Notes under the pieces: model-generated | Seen by the model: only the letters and a program-made list of their open reading frames with translations | What the model was told of the DNA's origin: nothing | The model's database searches: none | NCBI GenBank assembly: GCA_037146775.1 | Contig: JBAWWL010000003.1 | Coordinates: 66,334-130,333 of the forward strand | DNA: 64,000 nt | Direction: 5' to 3' | From: Candidatus Omnitrophota bacterium | Lineage (GTDB): Bacteria; Omnitrophota; Gorgyraeia; Duberdicusellales; 4484-171 | Translations under genes and position numbers: made by a program | Shown: positions 47,348-55,416 of the stretch, piece after piece | Layout of the letters: every line of letters starts with the position of its first letter | Position numbering within the stretch: position 1 is the first letter of the stretch

Positions 47348-48484
47348 ATGAAAATAGCGATAGTCCATGATTGGTTAACCGGTATGCGCGGCGGAGAAAA
47401 ATGTTTGGAGGTATTTTGTGAACTTTTTCCGCAGGCTACCATATTTACCCTTTTACACAACAAAGGTTCTGTTTCTAGAATTATTGAAAGTATGAAAATT
47501 AAAACTTCTTTTATGCAGCATTTACCAAAAGCAAACATGCATTACAGAAATTACCTTCCTTTGTTTCCAAGGGCGGTTGAGAGTTTTGATTTAAAAGAAT
47601 TTGATTTCGTTTTGAGCTCAAGTCACTGTGTTGCTAAGGGTGCGCGAAAACCACCGCAGGCAAAACATCTTTGTTACTGTTATACCCCGATGCGTTATGC
47701 CTGGTTTTTTTTTGAACAATATTTTGGCTCGTATCCTTCTTGGAAGAAGAAAATTGTGCAAGCTACTACCGAATACCTGAAAAAATGGGATTTGGCGACT
47801 CTTAATAGAGTGGATGAATTTATGGCTATATCAGAGACAGTCAAGGAAAGGATACATACGATATATAACCGGGGGGCAGAAGTGATTTATCCACCCGTTG
47901 ACATTGAAAACTTTCAGGCAGATTCTCGTAGTGCACAAGATTTTTACTTATGTGTATCTTCGTTAGTCCCGTACAAGCGGATAGACGTTATTATTGAAGC
48001 GTTTAATCAAATGCCCGATAAAAAACTCATTATTGTCGGCGATGGTCATCTGCGCAAGGATCTCGAACAAAGAAAAATATCCAAGAATATAAACCTCTTG
48101 GGATGGCTTCCTCAAAAAGATTTAGTCTCTCTCTACCGCCAAGCATGCTGTTTCGTATATGCGGCTGAGGAAGATTTTGGCATCGCACCAGTAGAGGCTC
48201 AAGCCTCTGGCGTGCCTGTCGTAGCTTATGGTAAAGGCGGAGTAACCGAAACAGTTGTTGCGCTAAATGCTACCGCTGCGAAACAACATCCTACGGGATT
48301 ATTCTTTGATAAACAGACTAGTAGCTCCTTGATTGCGGCGATAGAACTGTTTGAAAAAATGAAACAGGAGTTTAGTTCGGAAACGATAAGACAGCACGCG
48401 TTGCAATTCTCACGGCAGCATTTTAAAGAAAGAATACAGGAATATATACACCAAAAAATAGGCAGTTATTGCTATGTTAACTAA
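47348..48484 (+). CDS. GT4-family glycosyltransferase
   Basis: IAIVHDWLTGMRGGEKCLE N-terminus and an EDFGIAPVEAQASGVPVV GT-B C-terminal motif. It contains a T9 homopolymer at 47705-47713. Confidence 0.75.
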   Translation: MKIAIVHDWLTGMRGGEKCLEVFCELFPQATIFTLLHNKGSVSRIIESMKIKTSFMQHLPKANMHYRNYLPLFPRAVESFDLKEFDFVLSSSHCVAKGARKPPQAKHLCYCYTPMRYAWFFFEQYFGSYPSWKKKIVQATTEYLKKWDLATLNRVDEFMAISETVKERIHTIYNRGAEVIYPPVDIENFQADSRSAQDFYLCVSSLVPYKRIDVIIEAFNQMPDKKLIIVGDGHLRKDLEQRKISKNINLLGWLPQKDLVSLYRQACCFVYAAEEDFGIAPVEAQASGVPVVAYGKGGVTETVVALNATAAKQHPTGLFFDKQTSSSLIAAIELFEKMKQEFSSETIRQHALQFSRQHFKERIQEYIHQKIGSYCYVN

Positions 48485-49874
48485 GCTTAGAAAGAAAAGA
48501 AAAAATATTTATTTTTCCGGTTTGCTAATGTTTAGTGATTTCCTGGCAGTTATTATAGCTTTTATCTTCTCTTATCTTTTCCGTTTTTATTCAAGGCTTT
48601 TTTCTGTTCCCTTCGGTGTGCCGCGCTGGCAAGATTATATTGTGCCTGTATTATTCATAGCAGGACTGCTTATTTATTTTATCAACAGCCGAGGCCTTTA
48701 TAAGCCCGATCCGGCAAAGAAATTTATCGATCAGGCTTTCCCGCTTATTAAATGCACCTGTATTACTATGCTTATTGTGTTCGCCGGAACATTTTTTTAC
48801 CGCGAGGTGAGCTACTCACGGCTTTTACTTTTTATTATCTGGTTTAGCATAGGAGTACTTCTGGTGTTTTTCCGCTATTTACTGAACATTTTTTATCTTC
48901 AGAATATATTGCCGAGGATCCGAAAGAAAATCATTATTGTTTGTAAACCGGAAAGTGTTGAACATATCCAAAAATATAATACTTATTTTACACATTATGG
49001 GACTATCGCAGGTTTTGTTTCTATTCGTAAACAGGTGCAGGAAAAAACGGAAATACCATGCCTGGGCCACATAGATGAATTTGAACACATTTTGGATAGT
49101 TTGAAGCCGGATGAGGTAATACTCGCCGATTTGGAATTGCCACGGAAGCGTATTACTACTCTCATTGTGGAATCAGAAAAACGGCTGATTAAATTTAAGA
49201 TTGTTGCTGATTTATTAGATATTATGATACAGCAATTTGAGCTTGAAAATATAGATGGTTTAAATCTGATTAAAATAAAAGAATCGCCGCTTACTCTTGC
49301 TTCTAATAGATTTATCAAAAGGCTTATAGATATCTGCGGTTCTTTTTTTGGTATAGTCTTGCTTTCGCCGTTTCTTTTGGCAGTTGCTGTACTGGTAAAA
49401 TTAGGTTCAAGAGGGCCAGTATTCTTTTCTCAAGAACGAGTAGGCGAAGATGGCCGGATTTTTAAAATTTATAAATTCCGCACCATGCAACAAGACGCAG
49501 AGGCACATACCGGGCCTGTATTCGTCAAGAAAGATGATGAGCGCTGTACAAGCTTAGGAAAAACCTTGCGCAAATATAACATAGATGAATTACCCCAGCT
49601 TTTTAATGTATTGAGGGGAGAGATGAGCTTAGTTGGTCCCCGGCCAGAGCGGCCATATTTTGTAGAGCAATTTAAAGACGATATTCCGCGCTACATGAGC
49701 CGGCACCACATCAAATCCGGTATCACCGGCTGGGCGCAAGTGCATGGCCTGCGGCAGGGTACTGCTATTGACGAACGTGTGAAATACGATCTCTATTACG
49801 TCGAAAATTGGTCGGCATGGCTGGATATAAAAATTATATTTTTATCATTTTTTGCATTAAAGAATGCTTACTAG
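48474..49874 (+). CDS. polyprenyl-phosphate hexose-1-phosphate transferase (WbaP/CpsE-like bacterial sugar transferase)
   Basis: RLIDICGSFFGIVLLSPFLL...KIYKFRTM...DELPQLFNVLRGEMSLVGPRPERP is the canonical bacterial sugar transferase C-terminal domain, following 4-5 transmembrane segments. Confidence 0.85.
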   Translation: MLTKLRKKRKNIYFSGLLMFSDFLAVIIAFIFSYLFRFYSRLFSVPFGVPRWQDYIVPVLFIAGLLIYFINSRGLYKPDPAKKFIDQAFPLIKCTCITMLIVFAGTFFYREVSYSRLLLFIIWFSIGVLLVFFRYLLNIFYLQNILPRIRKKIIIVCKPESVEHIQKYNTYFTHYGTIAGFVSIRKQVQEKTEIPCLGHIDEFEHILDSLKPDEVILADLELPRKRITTLIVESEKRLIKFKIVADLLDIMIQQFELENIDGLNLIKIKESPLTLASNRFIKRLIDICGSFFGIVLLSPFLLAVAVLVKLGSRGPVFFSQERVGEDGRIFKIYKFRTMQQDAEAHTGPVFVKKDDERCTSLGKTLRKYNIDELPQLFNVLRGEMSLVGPRPERPYFVEQFKDDIPRYMSRHHIKSGITGWAQVHGLRQGTAIDERVKYDLYYVENWSAWLDIKIIFLSFFALKNAY

Positions 49875-49877
49875 TAA

Positions 49878-50175
49878 AAAGATTACAGTGATTATTAAAT
49901 GATTACAATGATGACGAAAAAGATTGCAGTGATTTGAGGTGTGGTTCTCCAGTATTTCGGTAACGGTAACGATGCCTGTATCGGTTACGTTTTATGGTAA
50001 AGGCTTATATTATAAAAGACGAATTACGTAACCCTTAGACGAAACGAGCATCGTAACCGTAGCCGGTTTCCATTATTATGAAGCGTTGTGCGGCAGGCAG
50101 GGATTATGGTGATTATGAGAAAGATTACGGTGATTAAAGAATCTCTGTAATCTATATTTAATCTTTGTAATCAAC
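49878..50175. repeat. iteron-like array: five direct and two inverted copies of AAGATTAC(A/G)GTGATTA flanking a ~160-bp core rich in long-range inverted repeats
   Basis: Direct copies start at 49878, 49898, 49919, 50100 and 50120. Inverted copies are at 50137-50153 and 50159-50175. The core contains CGGTAACGGTAACGATGC ... GCATCGTAACCGTAGCCG. Confidence 0.6.
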
Positions 50176-50184
50176 CTACATAAA

Positions 50185-51519
50185 ATGATTATTAAAAGAT
50201 TAGACTACATCAGCGAGTTTTTCCTTTTTGTGCTCATGGTGGGTATTACCGTTAACAACGCTCCCACGGAAGTGGCATCTTATCTTCTTATTTTTATTTT
50301 TTTACTGAAACATATTATTCGTCGCGACATCAAACTGCCCAGCTCCCCAATAAATATATTTTTATGCATGTATTCTGTCGTAGTGCTGGTTACGCTCATA
50401 CACAGTAGTTATTTTGGTGAAAGTATAAAAGGTTTTTCGCGGGTTCCTAAATATATATTTTTATATCTTGCCCTGGTTGAACTTTTTAAAAATGATCTGA
50501 AGCGATTAAATCGTTTTTTTTGGATAATAATGGTTGTTTCTGCGGTTACTTTTATAAATGGTGTATTCCAGAGTATTTTTGGTTTTGATTTTTTCAGGCA
50601 TAACGCCATAGATGGGCCGACATCGTTATGCCGTATCAGCTCATCATTTGTTCATTCTAACGACTTCGGATCTTACATAATTACAGTATTGCCTTTGACA
50701 TTCTTGATATTTTCTTCGCTTATCAGCAAAAGAAAAAGGTTAGCATTATTACCCGTAAGTCTTTTGGGTTTTTATTGCCTTTTAAGAACATCTTCTCGGG
50801 GGGCCTGGCTCGGTTTTCTTATAGCAATAATCATATATTTTTTTATGTATAAGAAAAAAATCGCTATACTTATACCTATTATTTTCATAATTTTGATTAT
50901 GTTTTTGCCTTACGGATTCGAACGCGTAACAAGTATTTTTAAGACTAACCAAGGGACTGTCTGGGAAAGAACCAAGCTTTGGCAGGGTGCGTGGGGTATG
51001 ATAAAAGAACATCCTGTTTTAGGCCTTGGCGTAAACACCTTTTCTAAAAATTTTCCTCAATATAAACCCGCAGATTATCCGGACTTAAGATATGCGCATA
51101 ATTCTTATCTACAGATGTGGGCAGAAATAGGATTGTTAGGGTTAATTATATTTTTAGCTATGCCTTTGACTATTTTGGCTAAAGCTTTCAAGGGTATAAA
51201 AAATGAAATTCCATATACTTCCCGCGGCAAGCTCGCCTCGCTTGAGCTTCGGCGAAGCGGGCCGCGGGGTATTCAGTTCATTCCTCCGAAGCCGAATTCC
51301 CTGCGACAAACTACAGGGTGTTCGGCGGAGGAGAATAAAATAAAAGCTGGTCCCCAAGGTTTAATCCTTTTGGGAGCTGTGTGTGGTTATGTGGGGTTTT
51401 TAGTGCAGAGTGGTATGGATAACAACTTATTTTCTCTTGTCCTTACTACTCTTTTTTGGGTATTCAGTGCTTACATTGTTTCCTGGAATAGTTATCTTGA
51501 AAATAAAAACCATGCCTAA
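50185..51519 (+). CDS. O-antigen ligase / Wzy_C-family membrane protein (WaaL-like), carrying an in-frame repeat-element insertion
   Basis: Polytopic protein with the Wzy_C periplasmic-loop motif YAHNSYLQMWAEIGLLGLIIF. Codons ~347-385 are encoded by GC-rich element A (51222-51337). Confidence 0.65.
   Translation: MIIKRLDYISEFFLFVLMVGITVNNAPTEVASYLLIFIFLLKHIIRRDIKLPSSPINIFLCMYSVVVLVTLIHSSYFGESIKGFSRVPKYIFLYLALVELFKNDLKRLNRFFWIIMVVSAVTFINGVFQSIFGFDFFRHNAIDGPTSLCRISSSFVHSNDFGSYIITVLPLTFLIFSSLISKRKRLALLPVSLLGFYCLLRTSSRGAWLGFLIAIIIYFFMYKKKIAILIPIIFIILIMFLPYGFERVTSIFKTNQGTVWERTKLWQGAWGMIKEHPVLGLGVNTFSKNFPQYKPADYPDLRYAHNSYLQMWAEIGLLGLIIFLAMPLTILAKAFKGIKNEIPYTSRGKLASLELRRSGPRGIQFIPPKPNSLRQTTGCSAEENKIKAGPQGLILLGAVCGYVGFLVQSGMDNNLFSLVLTTLFWVFSAYIVSWNSYLENKNHA
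51222..51337 (+). repeat. GC-rich palindromic MITE-like element A (module 1 plus module 2), in frame within the ligase gene
   Basis: Module 1 CCCGCGGC-AAGCTCGCCTCGCTTGAGCTTCGGCGAAGCGGGC-CGCGGGG is homologous to 60064-60098. Module 2 TCAGTTCATTCCTCCGAAGCCGAATTCC...GTTCGGCGGAGGAGAAT is homologous to the reverse complement of 56694-56783. Confidence 0.65.
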
Positions 51520-52402
51520 AAATTACTCTTTAGCGGCAGTCATACTTACTTGCAATTCGGAAAAGAAACTAGAGCAATGTTTAGCTTCTCTGTCTGGGTG
51601 GGTAGACGAAATTATATTGGTTGATGGTCAAAGTCATGACCGCACCATTGCGATTGCTGAACGTTTTGGGGCCAAAATATATTCGCACGCATTTTTAGGG
51701 GCTTTTTCGAAAGAAAGGAATTTTGGAATAGAAAAAGCAAATAGCCAATGGGTTTTGCAGTTAGATAGTGACGAAGTGGTAACTCAGGACTTTAAGAACA
51801 CCTGTGATGAGGCCTTGCCAAGCACTTTATGCGTTTCGTTTAAGTTTCTGCGCAAGAACAACTTTTTGGGGCATTTTTTCCAGTATGGCGGCTGGCATCA
51901 TTGGTCGCAGCACTTACTTAAAAAAGGTTATGCTCATTATGAGGGCAGAGTCCATGAGCGCATGGTGGTAGACGGTGAGGTGGGGTTGATTGAGGCGGAT
52001 ATATTGCATTTTCCGTTCGACAGCCTTACAGAATTCATCGAGCGGCAAAATCGTTACACGACTTTACAAGCCCAAGATATCCTGGATGGCGAAAAAGACC
52101 TCACCATGAAAAAAATTAAATATAATATTATCTGGAAACCGCTGAAACTTTTTAAAAAAATGTACCTGAATAAAAAAGGCTATAAAGAAGGAATGTATGG
52201 ATTTGTTTTTTCGGTATTATTTGCCTGGGTACATTTTGTAAAATGGGCGAAGGTGTGGGAAGTGTACAGTAAGACAGAAGTCAGAGGTCAGAAGACAGAA
52301 GTTAGGGACAGAGGTCAGAGAACAGAAGACAGAGGACAGGGGTCAGAGGACAGAGGTCAGAGAACAGAAGACAGAAAACAGAGGGCGGAAGACAGAGGAT
52401 AG
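51512..52402 (+). CDS. GT2-family glycosyltransferase (KdtX/WaaE-like) with a heptamer-repeat-encoded C-terminal tail
   Basis: AAVILTCNSEKKLEQCL...LQLDSDE GT-A motifs. The last ~45 aa (SKTEVRGQKTEVRDRGQRTEDRGQGSEDRGQRTEDRKQRAEDRG) are encoded by the heptamer array. Confidence 0.65.
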   Translation: MPKNYSLAAVILTCNSEKKLEQCLASLSGWVDEIILVDGQSHDRTIAIAERFGAKIYSHAFLGAFSKERNFGIEKANSQWVLQLDSDEVVTQDFKNTCDEALPSTLCVSFKFLRKNNFLGHFFQYGGWHHWSQHLLKKGYAHYEGRVHERMVVDGEVGLIEADILHFPFDSLTEFIERQNRYTTLQAQDILDGEKDLTMKKIKYNIIWKPLKLFKKMYLNKKGYKEGMYGFVFSVLFAWVHFVKWAKVWEVYSKTEVRGQKTEVRDRGQRTEDRGQGSEDRGQRTEDRKQRAEDRG

Positions 52403-52430
52403 AGGGCAGAAGGCAGAGATCTGGCATCTG
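52271..52430 (+). repeat. heptanucleotide tandem repeat array (~23 units of GACAGAG/GTCAGAG/AACAGAA)
   Basis: A 7-nt periodicity visible by eye. It runs through the stop codon (52400-52402) of the GT2 gene and ~28 nt beyond, and is the same family as 3456-3492 and 3836-3952. Confidence 0.75.
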
Positions 52431-52452
52431 TGTCAAATCTTAGTTTTAAACT

Positions 52453-53514
52453 ATGTTTAAGAAAATATTAATTGTACGCATTGGGAATATTGGGGATGTG
52501 TTATTTACTACTCCGCTGATTCGTATTTTAAGAAAGAATCTTCCTCACACGTATATCGACATGCTAACGTCAGCGCAGGCAAGTGTGGTGGTTGAAAAAA
52601 ATCCTTACTTAAACCGGGTTTTTATCTACAAAAAATTCCATCGACTGGAGCGCTGGATACGTCGCAAAATATTATTGCAAAAACTTATTTCTCAAAATTA
52701 TGATTTATGTATTGTGCTTGAGTCTAATCCTGAATATACCAACTTTTCTTACCAGGCAGCCAAACGAGCTTTCCGTGCAGGTATTAGCGCAGAATTAAGC
52801 AACAAATTTCTTAACCGTTCGGTAGTATTTTCTCGAGATCATCATGCTATAGAAAACTATTTACGTATTATTCCTGAATTATTTAAAATAAAGATTACTG
52901 CCGACGATTACCAAATGGATTTTTTTATGGACGAGCCTCCTGAGGCGCTTAAAAATGAACTGGAAGGTTATCGTAAAAACGGTTACGTAGTGCTGCACCC
53001 TTCTTGTAGCTGCGGCCTTCCTTATCGAGGTTGGCCTATCGAGAAGTTTGTTGAGGTGGTTCGGTATCTTACAGAGAAGCAGATAGCGGTTTTTATTACC
53101 GGCATACCAGCTGATGAAGAAACGCAAAATCTTCTAAAGCAGCTATCGGCTGAACCGAACGTACATGCTTTTATCGGTCGCAGCATTAACGAAGTAGGTT
53201 ATTTATTAAAGCATTCAAAAGGGTTACTATGTTTAGATACCGGGATCTTGCATTTAGCCAGGGCCTTAGATGTTCCTTTGGTAAGCCTTTTTGGGCCGTC
53301 AGCGAAACATCATACCGGCCCCATTGGTAATGGCCGATACAAAGTTATCAGTAAAGATTTCGCCTGCAGTCCCTGTCAGTATTTTCCTGAACATCGTAAA
53401 GAAGAAAAGGCTAAGTGTATGGATGGTAACGTGCCAGCTTGTATGATAGAGATTACTCCAGTGGAAGTTTTAGCGGCAATAGATGAAATAATATTGAAAG
53501 GCAATGATAAATAA
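52453..53514 (+). CDS. GT9-family glycosyltransferase (heptosyltransferase-like)
   Basis: ILIVRIGNIGDVLFTTPLIRIL N-terminal GT9 signature and the LCLDTGILHLA C-terminal region. Confidence 0.7.
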   Translation: MFKKILIVRIGNIGDVLFTTPLIRILRKNLPHTYIDMLTSAQASVVVEKNPYLNRVFIYKKFHRLERWIRRKILLQKLISQNYDLCIVLESNPEYTNFSYQAAKRAFRAGISAELSNKFLNRSVVFSRDHHAIENYLRIIPELFKIKITADDYQMDFFMDEPPEALKNELEGYRKNGYVVLHPSCSCGLPYRGWPIEKFVEVVRYLTEKQIAVFITGIPADEETQNLLKQLSAEPNVHAFIGRSINEVGYLLKHSKGLLCLDTGILHLARALDVPLVSLFGPSAKHHTGPIGNGRYKVISKDFACSPCQYFPEHRKEEKAKCMDGNVPACMIEITPVEVLAAIDEIILKGNDK

Positions 53515-54460
53515 GATTCTTTTTATTCGTTCGGATAGGTTCGGAGAATTTCTTTTGAGTTTACCTGCCATAAAGCTTGCAAAAATAAATTATCCCAAAG
53601 CCCGTATTTATCTCTTAGCTCAGCAAGACAATATAGAATTGATTCGCGGAGTTGATTTTATTGATAATTTTGTAACATATAGCGAAGCGCATTATAGTGG
53701 TTATCAGGGCGCGTGGCGTTTATCGCGCTTGTTGCGAAAAGAGCAGATAGATTGTGTGGTAGCGCTTAATCCCAAAAAGGAATTCCATTTTGCGTCTTAT
53801 TTAGCCGCGACGAAATTACGGGTCGGTTATGACCGTAAATGGGGTTGGTGCCTGAACAAAAAAATAGAGGACAAGAAGTACGAAGGCGAAAAGCACGAAA
53901 TAGAATACAACGTTGATTTAGTAAGTGTATTTTGCGAGCAGAGCTCTATCCTGCCATTTGAATTTCCCGCTGACGGTTCAGCCACGCTCGCTTTTTTGAA
54001 CGAGATGGTTGTTCCCACAAAAAAGTATATCGTCATACACCCCTTTAGTTCGCATCCGGCAAAAAAAGTTGGTACTGAATTCTGGACTGCTTTGATTGGA
54101 AAAATAAAGAATGAATTTACCAGAGATATTATTGTAATCGGCGCAGAGGAAGATCGTTTCGAGGCTGAGCAGTTAGCGCAAGAAGCAGCGGTTACTAATC
54201 TCGCAGGAAAATTAAGTTTACGTAACCTGGCAACTCTTCTTAAGCACCACTGCTCTTTTTTTATTGGCTTAGATTCGGGGCCGATGCACTTGGCATCGTT
54301 AATGCATGTTCCTGTGGTGGGGTTATTTACCATATCTAACCCAAAACGCTGGGGACCTTTTTGCAGTGATTCGCTGGTTATCCATTGCGTTGCCAACAAA
54401 TGGTTTATAGAAAAAATCGACAATATCATATCTTTCATTTCAAAACTCTACGAGAATTGA
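53504..54460 (+). CDS. GT9-family glycosyltransferase (heptosyltransferase-like)
   Basis: ILFIRSDRFGEFLLSLPAI and FIGLDSGPMHLAS regions. It is a tandem paralogue of 52453..53514. Confidence 0.7.
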   Translation: MINKILFIRSDRFGEFLLSLPAIKLAKINYPKARIYLLAQQDNIELIRGVDFIDNFVTYSEAHYSGYQGAWRLSRLLRKEQIDCVVALNPKKEFHFASYLAATKLRVGYDRKWGWCLNKKIEDKKYEGEKHEIEYNVDLVSVFCEQSSILPFEFPADGSATLAFLNEMVVPTKKYIVIHPFSSHPAKKVGTEFWTALIGKIKNEFTRDIIVIGAEEDRFEAEQLAQEAAVTNLAGKLSLRNLATLLKHHCSFFIGLDSGPMHLASLMHVPVVGLFTISNPKRWGPFCSDSLVIHCVANKWFIEKIDNIISFISKLYEN

Positions 54461-54496
54461 TCAGTTGTGTATGGCAGGTAAAAATTTAAACTACTT

Positions 54497-54596
54497 AAGG
54501 GGTGTTTAGTTATAACCTCGACGTTATCCAAAATTTCTATGAAATTTTGGCGTCGACCCCTGTGCTTTAGCCTGCGAAGCGTGCATTTTTTAGGTT
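54497..54596 (+). repeat. palindromic hairpin element E, 5' leader of a GT2 gene (related to element D)
   Basis: Outer stem TCGACG/CGTCGA encloses the perfect palindrome CCAAAATTTC-TATG-AAATTTTGG. A downstream GC segment reads GCCTGCGAAGCGTGC, and TTAAGG direct repeats flank the element. Confidence 0.6.
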
Positions 54597-54613
54597 AAGG
54601 AGGTTTATCTATT

Positions 54614-55399
54614 ATGGCTAGATCTGCGTTGTCGGTGATTGTGTTAGCAAAAAACGAATCCCAAAGGATTAAGGGTTGCCTTGATTCAGTACGGGAGTGG
54701 GTAGATGAAATTATTGTGGTGGATGATGAAAGCAGCGATAATACTCCAGAGATAGCTAAGGCCCTTGGTGCAAACGTGTTTATCAGGAAGATGGAAATCG
54801 AAGGGCAGCATCGTAATTGGGCTTATGCGCAGGCCAAAAACGAGTGGGTGTTAAGTTTAGACGCCGACGAACGGGTGACCGAAGAGCTCAAAGAAGAGCT
54901 AGCGATCTTATTGACCACAAAACCGAAAGAGAATGCTTTTACCATACCGCGGCGTAACTTTATCGGCAATTATTGGATACGTTGGGGAGGCCAATACCCT
55001 TCTGCCCAGATAAAGTTATTTCGAAAAGACAAATTTAAATGGGAAGAAGTAGAGGTTCACCCAAGAGCATTTTTGGAAGGTGTTTGTGGCCACCTGCAAA
55101 AAGATCTCATTCATTATACCTACCGTGACTGGGCTGATTTCTTAAAGAAACTTAACAACCAGACAACGCTAGAAGCAAAGAAATGGTATAAACTTTCTTT
55201 GGAAAACCCCAAGAAGGCCCGCTATAAAATGAATTTTTTTCATGCGAGTTGGCGAACCTTGGATAGGTTTATCCGGACTTTTTTTGCGAAAAAGGGGTAT
55301 CGCGACGGCTTTATCGGATTTATGATCGCCTATTTTGCATCTCTTTATCAGATAGTAAGCTATGCGAAGTATAGAGAACTTAAACAAAATAACAAATAA
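54614..55399 (+). CDS. GT2-family glycosyltransferase (KdtX/WaaE-like)
   Basis: LSVIVLAKNESQRIKGCL...VVDDESSDNT...LSLDADE. It is paralogous to 51512 and the N-terminal half of 41555, and has a strong RBS AAGGAGG. Confidence 0.7.
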   Translation: MARSALSVIVLAKNESQRIKGCLDSVREWVDEIIVVDDESSDNTPEIAKALGANVFIRKMEIEGQHRNWAYAQAKNEWVLSLDADERVTEELKEELAILLTTKPKENAFTIPRRNFIGNYWIRWGGQYPSAQIKLFRKDKFKWEEVEVHPRAFLEGVCGHLQKDLIHYTYRDWADFLKKLNNQTTLEAKKWYKLSLENPKKARYKMNFFHASWRTLDRFIRTFFAKKGYRDGFIGFMIAYFASLYQIVSYAKYRELKQNNK

Positions 55400-55416
55400 C
55401 AAAATCCAAATGGCAA

